From positions 310,001 to 374,000 of the forward strand of contig OZ251233.1 in NCBI GenBank assembly GCA_965240325.2: a stretch of DNA of 64,000 bases, in the 5' to 3' direction. The translations under genes and the position numbers were made by a program. How positions within the stretch are numbered: position 1 is the first letter of the stretch; each line of letters opens with the position of its first letter. The stretch comes from Rebecca billardiae RCC1528. Lineage: Eukaryota > Protista > Haptophyta. The notes beneath the pieces are model-generated. The model worked only from the letters and a program-made list of their open reading frames with translations, did no database searches and had not been told where the DNA came from. This document shows, in pieces, positions 13,301 through 24,436 of this stretch.

Positions 13301-16300
13301 CGATGTTGTGCGGCGTGCAGAGCGGCGCGGGGCGAGCACGGGCAGGGAGAGTGGGCCGTGTGGGACGACCTCCAGTCCACAAGTCTGTCGCTGCCCACTC
13401 AGCCGAGCAGCAGCAGCAGCGAGGCCAGTCACAGCGGACGGCCCGAAGTTTCGGGCCCGAAACTTCGGGCCCGAAACTTCGGGCCTGCTGGTGCGCCGGC
13501 GTGAGGAGTGGCGATGTTGTGCGGCGTGCAGAGCGGCGCGGGGCGAGCACGGGCAGGGAGTGTGGGCAATGTAGGACGACCTCCAACCCACAAGTCTGTC
13601 GCTGCCCACTCAGCCGAGCAGCAGCAGCAGCGAGGCCAGTCACAGCGGACGGCCCGAAGTTTCGGGCCCGAAGTTTGGGGCCCGAAGTTTCGGGCCTGCT
13701 GGTGCGCCGGCGTGAGGAGTGGCGATGTTGTGCGGCGTGCAGAGCGGCGCGGGGCGAGCACGGGCAGGGAGAGTGGGCAATGTAGGACGACCTCCAACCC
13801 ACAAGTCTGCCGCTGCCCACTCAGCCGAGCAGCAGCAGCAGCGAGGCCAGTCACAGCGGACGGCCCGAAGTTTCGGGCCCGAAGTTTCGGGCCCAAAACT
13901 TCGGGCCTGCTGGTGCGCCGGCGTGAGGAGTGGCGATGTTGTGCGGCATGCAGAGCGGCGCGGGGCGAGCACGGGCAGGGAGAGTGGGCAACGTAGGACG
14001 ACCTCCAACCCACAAGTCTGCCGCTGCCCACTCAGCCGAGCAGCAGCAGCAGCGAGGCCAGTCACAGCGGACGGCCCGAAGTTTCGGGCCCGAAGTTTCG
14101 GGCCCGAAACTTCGGGCCTGCGGGTGCGCCGGCGTGAGGAGTGGCGATGTTGTGCGGCGTGCAGAGCGGCGCGGGGCGAGCACGGGCAGGGAGTGTGGGC
14201 AATGTAGGACGACCTCCAACCCACAAGTCTGTCGCTGCCCACTCAGCCGAGCAGCAGCAGCAGCGAGGCCAGTCACAGCGGACGGCCCGAAGTTTCGGGC
14301 CCAAAGTTTCTGGCCCGAAGTTTCGGGCCTGCTGGTGCGCCGGCGTGAGGAGTGGCGATGTTGTGCGGCGTGCAGAGCGGCGCGGGGCGAGCACGGGCAG
14401 GGAGAGTAGGCAATGTAGGACGACCTCCAACCCACAAGTCTGCCGCTGCCCACTCAGCCGAGCAGCAGCAGCAGCGAGGCCAGTCACAGCGGACGGCCCG
14501 AAGTTTCGAGCCCGAAGTTTCGGGCCCAAAACTTCGGGCCTGCGGGTGGGCCGGCGTGAGGAGTGGCGATGTTGTGCGGCGTGCAGAGCGGCACGGGGCG
14601 AGCACGGGCAGGGAGAGTGGGCAATGTGGGACGACCTCCAACCCACAAGTCTGCCGCTGCCCACTCAGCCGAGCAGCAGCAGCAGCGAGGCCAGTCACAG
14701 CGGACGGCCCGAAGTTTCGGGCCCGAAGTTTCGGGCCCGAAACTTCGGGCCTGCGGGTGGGCCGGCGTGAGGAGTGGCGATGTTGTGCGGCGTGCAGAGC
14801 GGCGCGGGGCGAGCACGGGCAGGGAGAGTGGGCAACGTAGGACGACCTCCAACCCACAAGTCTGCCGCTGCCCACTCAGCCGAGCAGCAGCAGCAGCGAG
14901 GCCAGTCACAGCGGACGGCCCGAAGTTTCGGGCCCGAAGTTTCGGGCCCGAAACTTCGGGCCTGCGGGTGCGCCGGCGTGAGGAGTGGCGATGTTGTGCG
15001 GCGTGCAGAGCGGCGCGGGGCGAGCACGGGCAGGGAGAGTGGGCAATGTAGGACGACCTCCAACCCACAAGTCTGTCGCTGCCCACTCAGCCGAGCAGCA
15101 GCAGCAGCGAGGCCAGTCACAGCGGACGGCCCGAAGTTTCGGGCCCGAAGTTTCGGGCCCGAAACTTCGGGCCTGCGGGTGCGCCGGCGTGAGGAGTGGC
15201 GATGTTGTGCGGCGTGCAGAGCGGCGCGGGGCGAGCACGGGCAGGGAGAGTGGGCAACGTAGGACGACCTCCAACCCACAAGTCTGCCGCTGCCCACTCA
15301 GCCGAGCAGCAGCAGCAGCGAGGCCAGTCACAGCGGACGGCCCGAAGTTTCGGGCCCGAAGTTTCGGGCCCAAAACTTCGGGCCTGCGGGTGCGCCGGCG
15401 TGAGGAGTGGCGATGTTGTGCGGCGTGCAGAGCGGCGCGGGGCGAGCACGGGCAGGGAGAGTGGGCAATGTAGGACGACCTCCAACCCACAAGTCTGCCG
15501 CTGCCCACTCAGCCGAGCAGCAGCAGCAGCGAGGCCAGTCACAGCGGACGGCCCGAAGTTTCGGGCCCGAAGTTTCGGGCCCGAAACTTCGGGCCTGCGG
15601 GTGCGCCGGCGTGAGGAGTGGCGATGTTGTGCGGCGTGCAGAGCGGCGCGGGGCGAGCACGGGCAGGGAGAGTGGGCCGTTTGGGACGACCTCCAGTCCA
15701 CAAGTCTGTCGCTGCCCACTCAGCCGAGCAGCAGCTGCAGCGAGGCCAGTCACAGCAGACGGCCCGAAGTTTCGGGCCCGAAGTTTCGGGCCCGAAACTG
15801 CGGGCCTGCTGGTGCGCCGGCGTGAGGAGTGGCGATGTTGTGCGGCGTGCAGAGCGGCGCGGGGCGAGCACTGGCAGGGAGAGTGGGCAATGTAGGACGA
15901 CCTCCAACCCACAAGTCTGCCGCTGCCCACTCAGCCGAGCAGCAGCAGCAGCGAGGCCAGTCACAGCGGACGGCCCGAAGTTTCGGGCCCGAAACTTCGG
16001 GCCCGAAACTTCGGGCCTGCGGGTGCGCCGGCGTGAGGAGTGGCGATGTTGTGCGGCGTGCAGAGCGGCGCGGGGCGAGCACGGGCAGGGAGCGTGGGCC
16101 GTGTGGGACGACCTCCAGTCCACAAGTCTGTCGCTGCCCACTCAGCCGAGCAGCAGCAGCAGCGAGGCCAGTCACAGCGGACGGCCCGAAGTTTCGGGCC
16201 CGAAGTTTCGGGCCCGAAACTTCGGGCCTGCGGGTGCGCCGGCGTGAGGAGTGGCGATGTTGTGCGGCGTGCAGAGCGGCACGGGGCGAGCACGGGCAGG

Positions 16301-19300
16301 GAGAGTGGGCAACGTAGGACGACCTCCAACCCACAAGTCTGCCGCTGCCCACTCAGCCGAGCAGCAGCAGCAGCGAGGCCAGTCACAGCGGACGGCCCGA
16401 AGTTTCGGGCCCGAAGTTTCGGGCCCGAAACTTCGGGCCTGCGGGTGCGCCGGCGTGAGGAGTGGCGATGTTGTGCGGCGTGCAGAGCGGCGCGGGGCGA
16501 GCACGGGCAGGGAGAGTGGGCAATGTAGGACGACCTCCAACCCACAAGTCTGTCGCTGCCCACTCAGCCGAGCAGCAGCAGCAGCGAGGCCAGTCACAGC
16601 GGACGGCCCGAAGTTTCGGGCCCGAAGTTTCGGGCCCGAAACTTCGGGCCTGCGGGTGCGCCGGCGTGAGGAGTGGCGATGTTGTGCGGCGTGCAGAGCG
16701 GCGCGGGGCGAGCACGGGCAGGGAGTGTGGGCAATGTAGGACGACCTCCAACCCACAAGTCTGTCGCTGCCCACTCAGCCGAGCAGCAGCAGCAGCGAGG
16801 CCAGTCACAGCGGACGGCCCGAAGTTTCGGGCCCGAAGTTTGGGGCCCGAAGTTTCGGGCCTGCTGGTGCGCCGGCGTGAGGAGTGGCGATGTTGTGCGG
16901 CGTGCAGAGCGGCGCGGGGCGAGCACGGGCAGGGAGAGTGGGCAACGTAGGACGACCTCCAACCCACAAGTCTGCCGCTGCCCACTCAGCCGAGCAGCAG
17001 CAGCAGCGAGGCCAGTCACAGCGGACGGCCCGAAGTTTCGGGCCCGAAGTTTCGGGCCCGAAACTTCGGGCCTGCGGGTGCGCCGGCGTGAGGAGTGGCG
17101 ATGTTGTGCGGCGTGCAGAGCGGCGCGGGGCGAGCACGGGCAGGGAGAGTGGGCCGTTTGGGACGACCTCCAGTCCACAAGTCTGTCGCTGCCCACTCAG
17201 CCGAGCAGCAGCTGCAGCGAGGCCAGTCACAGCGGACGGCCCGAAGTTTCGGGCCCGAAGTTTCGGGCCCGAAACTGCGGGCCTGCTGGTGCGCCGGCGT
17301 GAGGAGTGGCGATGTTGTGCGGCGTGCAGAGCGGCGCGGGGCGAGCACTGGCAGGGAGAGTGGGCAATGTAGGACGACCTCCAACCCACAAGTCTGCCGC
17401 TGCCCACTCAGCCGAGCAGCAGCAGCAGCGAGGCCAGTCACAGCGGACGGCCCGAAGTTTCGGGCCCGAAACTTCGGGCCCGAAACTTCGGGCCTGCGGG
17501 TGCGCCGGCGTGAGGAGTGGCGATGTTGTGCGGCGTGCAGAGCGGCGCGGGGCGAGCACGGGCAGGGAGCGTGGGCCGTGTGGGACGACCTCCAGTCCAC
17601 AAGTCTGTCGCTGCCCACTCAGCCGAGCAGCAGCAGCAGCGAGGCCAGTCACAGCGGACGGCCCGAAGTTTCGGGCCCGAAGTTTCGGGCCCGAAACTTC
17701 GGGCCTGCGGGTGCGCCGGCGTGAGGAGTGGCGATGTTGTGCGGCGTGCAGAGCGGCGCGGGGCGAGCACGGGCAGGGAGAGTGGGCAATGTAGGACGAC
17801 CTCCAACCCACAAGTCTGCCGCTGCCCACTCAGCCGAGCAGCAGCAGCAGCGAGGCCAGTCACAGCGGACGGCCCGAAGTTTCGGGCCCGAAACTTCGGG
17901 CCCGAAACTTCGGGCCTGCGGGTGCGCCGGCGTGAGGAGTGGCGATGTTGTGCGGCGTGCAGAGCGGCGCGGGGCGAGCACGGGCAGGGAGCGTGGGCCG
18001 TGTGGGACGACCTCCAGTCCACAAGTCTGTCGCTGCCCACTCAGCCGAGCAGCAGCAGCAGCGAGGCCAGTCACAGCGGACGGCCCGAAGTTTCGGGCCC
18101 GAAGTTTCGGGCCCGAAACTTCGGGCCTGCGGGTGCGCCGGCGTGAGGAGTGGCGATGTTGTGCGGCGTGCAGAGCGGCACGGGGCGAGCACGGGCAGGG
18201 AGAGTGGGCAACGTAGGACGACCTCCAACCCACAAGTCTGCCGCTGCCCACTCAGCCGAGCAGCAGCAGCAGCGAGGCCAGTCACAGCGGACGGCCCGAA
18301 GTTTCGGGCCCGAAGTTTCGGGCCCGAAACTTCGGGCCTGCGGGTGCGCCGGCGTGAGGAGTGGCGATGTTGTGCGGCGTGCAGAGCGGCGCGGGGCGAG
18401 CACGGGCAGGGAGAGTGGGCAATGTAGGACGACCTCCAACCCACAAGTCTGTCGCTGCCCACTCAGCCGAGCAGCAGCAGCAGCGAGGCCAGTCACAGCG
18501 GACGGCCCGAAGTTTCGGGCCCGAAGTTTCGGGCCCGAAACTTCGGGCCTGCGGGTGCGCCGGCGTGAGGAGTGGCGATGTTGTGCGGCGTGCAGAGCGG
18601 CGCGGGGCGAGCACGGGCAGGGAGAGTGGGCAATGTAGGACGACCTCCAACCCACAAGTCTGCCGCTGCCCACTCAGCCGAGCAGCAGCAGCAGCGAGGC
18701 CAGTCACAGCGGACGGCCCGAAGTTTCGGGCCCGAAGTTTCGGGCCTGAAACTTCGGGCCTGCGGGTGCGCCGGCGTGAGGAGTGGCGATGTTGTGCGGC
18801 GTGCAGAGCGGCGCGGGGCGAGCACGGGCAGGGAGCGTGGGCAATGTAGGACGACCTCCAACCCACAAGTCTGTCGCTGCCCACTCAGCCGAGCAGCAGC
18901 AGCAGCGAGGCCAGTCACAGCGGACGGCCCGAAGTTTCGGGCCCGAAGTTTCGGGCCCGAAACTTCGGGCCTGCGGGTGCGCCGGCGTGAGGAGTGGCGA
19001 TGTTGTGCGGCGTGCAGAGCGGCGCGGGGCGAGCACGGGCAGGGAGAGTGGGCAGTGTGGGACGACCTCCAACCCACAAGTCTGTCGCTGCCCACTCAGC
19101 CGAGCAGCAGCAGCAGCGAGGCCAGTCACAGCGGACGGCCCGAAGTTTCGGGCCCGAAGTTTCGGGCCCGAAACTTCGGGCCTGCGGGTGCGCCGGCGTG
19201 AGGAGTGGCGATGTTGTGCGGCGTGCAGAGCGGCGCGGGGCGAGCACGGGCAGGGAGAGTGGGCAATGTAGGACGACCTCCAACCCACAAGTCTGTCGCT

Positions 19301-22300
19301 GCCCACTCAGCCGAGCAGCAGCAGCAGCGAGGTCAGTCACAGCGGACGGCCCGAAGTTTCGGGCCCAAAGTTTCGGGCCCGAAACTTCGGGCCTGCTGGT
19401 GCGCCGGCGTGAGGAGTGGCGATGTTGTGCGGCGTGCAGAGCGGCGCGGGGCGAGCACGGGCAGGGAGAGTGGGCCGTGTGGGACGACCTCCAGTCCACA
19501 AGTCTGTCGCTGCCCACTCAGCCGAGCAGCAGCAGCAGCGAGGCCAGTCACAGCGGACGGCCCGAAGTTTCGGGCCCGAAACTTCGGGCCCGAAACTTCG
19601 GGCCTGCGGGTGCGCCGGCGTGAGGAGTGGCGATGTTGTGCGGCGTGCAGAGCGGCGCGGGGCGAGCACGGGCAGGGAGAGTGGGCAATGTAGGACGACC
19701 TCCAGTCCACAAGTCTGTCGCTGCCCACTCAGCCGAGCAGCAGCAGCAGCGAGGCCAGTCACAGCGGACGGCCCGAAGTTTCGGGCCCGAAGTTTCGGGC
19801 CCGAAACTTCGGGCCTGCGGGTGCGCCGGCGTGAGGAGTGGCGATGTTGTGCGGCGTGCAGAGCGGCGCGGGGCGAGCACGGGCAGGGAGAGTGGGCCGT
19901 GTGGGACGACCTCCAACCCACAAGTCTGTCGCTGCCCACTCAGCCGAGCAGCAGCAGCAGCGAGGCCAGTCACAGCGGACGGCCCGAAGTTTCGGGCCCA
20001 AAGTTTCGGGCCCGAAACTTCGGGCCTGCGGGTGCGCCGGCGTGAGGAGTGGCGATGTTGTGCGGCGTGCAGAGCGGCGCGGGGCGAGCACGGGCAGGGA
20101 GAGTGGGCAATGTGGGACGACCTCCAACCCACAAGTCTGTCGCTGCCCACTCAGCCGAGCAGCAGCAGCAGCGAGGCCAGTCACAGCGGACGGCCCGAAG
20201 TTTCGGGCCTAAAGTTTCGGGCCCGAAACTTCGGGCCTGCGGGTGCGCCGGCGTGAGGAGTGGCGATGTTGTGCGGCGTGCAGAGCGGCGCGGGGCGAGC
20301 ACGGGCAGGGAGAGTGGGCCGTTTGGGACAACCTCCAGTCCACAAGTCTGTCGCTGACCACTCAGCCGAGCAGCAGCAGCAGCGAGGCCAGTCACAGCGG
20401 ACGGCCCGAAGTTTCGGGCCCGAAGTTTCGGGCCCGAAACTTCGGGCCTGCGGGTGCGCCGGCGTGAGGAGTGGCGATGTTGTGCGGCGTGCAGAGCGGC
20501 GCGGGGCGAGCACGGGCAGGGAGAGTGGGCAATGTAGGACGACCTCCAACCCACAAGTCTGCCGCTGCCCACTCAGCCGAGCAGCAGCAGCAGCGAGGCC
20601 AGTCACAGCGGACGGCCCGAAGTTTCGGGCCCGAAACTTCGGGCCCGAAACTTTGGGCCTGCGGGTGCGCCGGCGTGAGGAGTGGCGATATTGTGCGGCG
20701 TGCAGAGCGGCGCGGGGCGAGCACGGGCAGGGAGAGTGGGCAATGTAGGACGACCTCCAACCCACACGTCTGCCGCTGCCCACTCAGCCGAGCAGCAGCA
20801 GCAGCGAGGCCAGTCACAGCGGACGGCCCGAAGTTTCGGGCCCGAAGTTTCGGGCCCGAAACTTCGGGCCTGCGGGTGCGCCGGCGTGAGGAGTGGCGAT
20901 GTTGTGCGGCGTGCAGAGCGGCGCGGGGCGAGCACGGGCAGGGAGAGTGGGCAATGTAGGACGACCTCCAACCCACAAGTCTGCCGCTGCCCAATCAGCC
21001 GAGCAGCAGCAGCAGCGAGGCCAGTCACAGCGGACGGCCCGAAGTTTCGGGCCCGAAGTTTCGGGCCCGAAACTTCTGGCCTGCGGGTGCGCCGGCGTGA
21101 GGAGTGGCGATGTTGTGCGGCGTGCAGAGCGGCGCGGGGCGAGCACGGGCAGGGAGAGTGGGCCGTGTGGGACGACCTCCAACCCACAAGTCTGCCGCTG
21201 CCCAATCAGCCGAGCAGCAGCAGCAGCGAGGCCAGTCACAGCGGACGGCCCGAAGTTTCGGGCCCGAAGTTTCGGGCCCGAAACTTCGGGCCTGCGGGTG
21301 CGCCGGCGTGAGGAGTGGCGATGTTGTGCGGCGTGCAGAGCGGCACGGGGCGAGCACGGGCAGGGAGAGTGGGCAACGTAGGACGACCTCCAACCCACAA
21401 GTCTGCCGCTGCCCACTCAGCCGAGCAGCAGCAGCAGCGAGGCCAGTCACAGCGGACGGCCCGAAGTTTCGGGCCCGAAACTTCGGGCCCGAAACTTTGG
21501 GCCTGCGGGTGCGCCGGCGTGAGGAGTGGCGATATTGTGCGGCGTGCAGAGCGGCGCGGGGCGAGCACGGGCAGGGAGAGTGGGCAATGTAGGACGACCT
21601 CCAACCCACACGTCTGCCGCTGCCCACTCAGCCGAGCAGCAGCAGCAGCGAGGCCAGTCACAGCGGACGGCCCGAAGTTTCGGGCCCGAAGTTTCGGGCC
21701 CGAAACTTCGGGCCTGCGGGTGCGCCGGCGTGAGGAGTGGCGATGTTGTGCGGCGTGCAGAGCGGCGCGGGGCGAGCACGGGCAGGGAGAGTGGGCAATG
21801 TAGGACGACCTCCAACCCACAAGTCTGCCGCTGCCCAATCAGCCGAGCAGCAGCAGCAGCGAGGCCAGTCACAGCGGACGGCCCGAAGTTTCGGGCCCGA
21901 AGTTTCGGGCCCGAAACTTCTGGCCTGCGGGTGCGCCGGCGTGAGGAGTGGCGATGTTGTGCGGCGTGCAGAGCGGCGCGGGGCGAGCACGGGCAGGGAG
22001 AGTGGGCCGTGTGGGACGACCTCCAACCCACAAGTCTGCCGCTGCCCACTCAGCCGAGCAGCAGCAGCAGCGAGGCCAGTCACAGCGGACGGCCCGAAGT
22101 TTCGGGCCCGAAACTTCGGGCCCGAAACTTTGGGCCTGCGGGTGCGCCGGCGTGAGGAGTGGCGATATTGTGCGGCGTGCAGAGCGGCGCTGGACGAGCA
22201 CGGGCAGGGAGAGTGGGCAGTGTAGGACGACCTCCAACCCACACGTCTGCCGCTGCCCACTCAGCCGAGCAGCAGCAGCAGCGAGGCCAGTCACAGCGGA

Positions 22301-22528
22301 CGGCCCGAAGTTTCGGGCCCGAAGTTTCGGGCCCGAAACTTCAGGCCTGCGGGTGCGCCGGCGTGAGGAGTGGCGATATTGTGCGGCGTGCAGAGCGGCG
22401 CGGGGCGAGCACGGGCAGGGAGAGTGGGCAGTGTAGGACGACCTCCAACCCACAAGTCTGCCTCTGCCCACTCAACCGAGCAGCAGCAGCAGCGAGGCCA
22501 GTCACAGCGGACGACCCAATGTTTCGGG
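10311..22528 (-). repeat. Satellite B (211-bp unit), about 58 highly homogeneous units in inverted orientation
   Basis: Reverse complement of the 9681-10310 unit. The 211-bp period is visible in the ORF-track offsets. Occasional 197- and 225-bp units differ by one 14-mer. Confidence 0.97.
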
Positions 22529-22962
22529 CCCGAAACATCGGGCCGTCCGCTGTGACTGGCCTCGCTGCTGCTGCTGCTCTGCTCAGTGGGCAACGCCAGA
22601 CTTTGGGGTTGGAGCTCATTGCTGGTGCTACTCGTTTCACTCTCCCTGCTCGTGTTCGCCCGTCGCTGCTCTGCACGCTGCAGTATCGCTACTCCTTACG
22701 CCGGCGCACCAGCTGGCCCGAAGTTTTGGGCCCGAAACTTAGGGCCCGAAACTTCGGGCCGTCCGCTGTGACTGGTCTCGCTGCTGCTGCTGCTCGGCTG
22801 AGTGGGCAGTGCCAGACTTGCGGGGTTGAAGTTGTCGCTTGCGCTGCTCGGCGATGCTTTCCTGCCCGTGCCCGCCCTATGCAGCGCTGCACGCAGGCAA
22901 TCGCTACTCCCTACGCCGGTGCACTAGCAGTCCCAAAGTGTTGGGCTCGAAGCTTCGGGCCA
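22529..22962 (+). repeat. Two degenerate forward satellite B units forming the array edge
   Basis: CCGTCCGCTGTGACTGG at ~22543 and ~22759, with increasing divergence toward 22960. Confidence 0.85.
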
Positions 22963-24039
22963 ACATGCAGAGCAGGTTGGCAGCCTGCAATGCAAGCAAG
23001 GCAAGTGCGCACGACGACGCTCGACGGCAACGCAGCCGTCCAGCATACGCGACACGCCTCCGCCTGCATTGGCGGTGGCACGAACGGGAGCGCTTTGACG
23101 GCCACCTGCTTCAAGAGCGTGTGCACGTGTGTCGTCGGTGGCTGTGCAGTGGCGGTGGGAGCACAGTGGCGGACGTCGTTCAAATAGCTCTGGACCAAGG
23201 CGCCAACTGCTCAGAAACATGAGCACAGAGACGTTGCGGTTGGCTGCTTCCTGCACCGATACTGCGCTCCATCGAGTCCTCCCCCGTGTGCTGCCGACCA
23301 AACGCGAGCGCAGACGCACCTGCCATTGTCAAGCTGACACGTACGTCCAGCTCGGAGGATTGTGACTCCATGCGAGCACAGTAGAGGGACATGCCAGCGC
23401 TTCGGCGCTCTTCGTTTGCTATCTGATTCGCGAGCAAGCGCGGGTCGTGCGTGCCGCCCTTGGGATCCTCACGCCCGAAATTTAGCTTTGGCATGCCCCC
23501 TGCCACCCGAGGCCTGGCAGGTGTGCACTCATCCGGCAGGGAGCTCATGGAGCACGCAGATCGAGGCGAACGGCAACAGCGTGTGGCGCGTGAAGTGTTA
23601 TAGAAGTCGACACGCGTCACTGTCGCCGATAGAGACTGCGAGCCAGGCGTGTGCGCGCGGAGTACACTCCCTCCCAGAGCGTTTGGGCCAGACCATGGAG
23701 GCGGGCGAACGATGGTCGCGAGACCTTTGCTGTCCAGTGGGTGGCCGTGCCGTCCACTGATTCCGCAGCGGCTTTATACCGGATACGCGAGCGTCGAGCG
23801 CTGGTTTCGACGTTTCGTCGCTTGGACGACATCTTATCGCTGATAGGACCACGATGGCCGCCGCCAGCCACCGAAGGCCAGGGTGCTATGCCCACTGGCG
23901 TTTCGTGCCGGGCCTCTGAGTACACTTACGCGTGCCTCCCTCCGGGCGACTCGTCGGTGCAGCAGTGGTAACGCCGAGTACAGTGGCAAGACTTTGTTCA
24001 AAGGCCTGCTGCTTCGGGCCTCCTCCTTCATGCCTGCTG

Positions 24040-24245
24040 TTCCAGGTCTGCGGTCGCGCTGGAGTGAAGGAGTGGCGGCTGCGCGGCAAACAGCGCCGCT
24101 CGGGACGAGCACGGGCGGTAAGCACGCACCGGCTACCTCAGCCACCGTCCGTCTATCCACGAGTTTCGCTCCGCGTGGCCGAGCCGAGCAGCAGCAGCAG
24201 CCAGAACGGCCACCGCAGGGTTGCGATTGCAACCCTGCGGCAGCG
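24040..24245 (-). repeat. Solitary degenerate satellite-A-like monomer in reverse orientation
   Basis: GTGAAGGAGTGGCGG...GAGCACGGGC...GAGCCGAGCAGCAGCAGCAGCC...GGCCACCGCAGG is the reverse complement of the A/B core. Confidence 0.7.
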
Positions 24246-24436
24246 CCGGCAGCAGGAGAGGCGGCTCCGCAGTTGGCAGCGCGCGGCGCGAGGCGAGCAA
24301 ATATGCAGCGGATGCACGGCTGCGCTGGCTTTTAGTTTTATATCGTCTAGAGCAGTAGTAGCAGCAGATGATATAGATATATTCCGTCGCGGTCCCGACA
24401 TCGTCACGGCTCGTGATAATTAAATTCGGATAATTC

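Noticed and set aside
1-22962. Hundreds of ORFs up to 1,462 aa in the satellites
   Set aside because: They are open in all frames because of extreme GC content. Unit lengths such as 211 and 199 are not multiples of three, and the products are low-complexity with no domain.
22962-24040. Protein-coding gene or pseudogene in the unique island
   Set aside because: Only short overlapping ORFs on both strands, with no recognisable homology.
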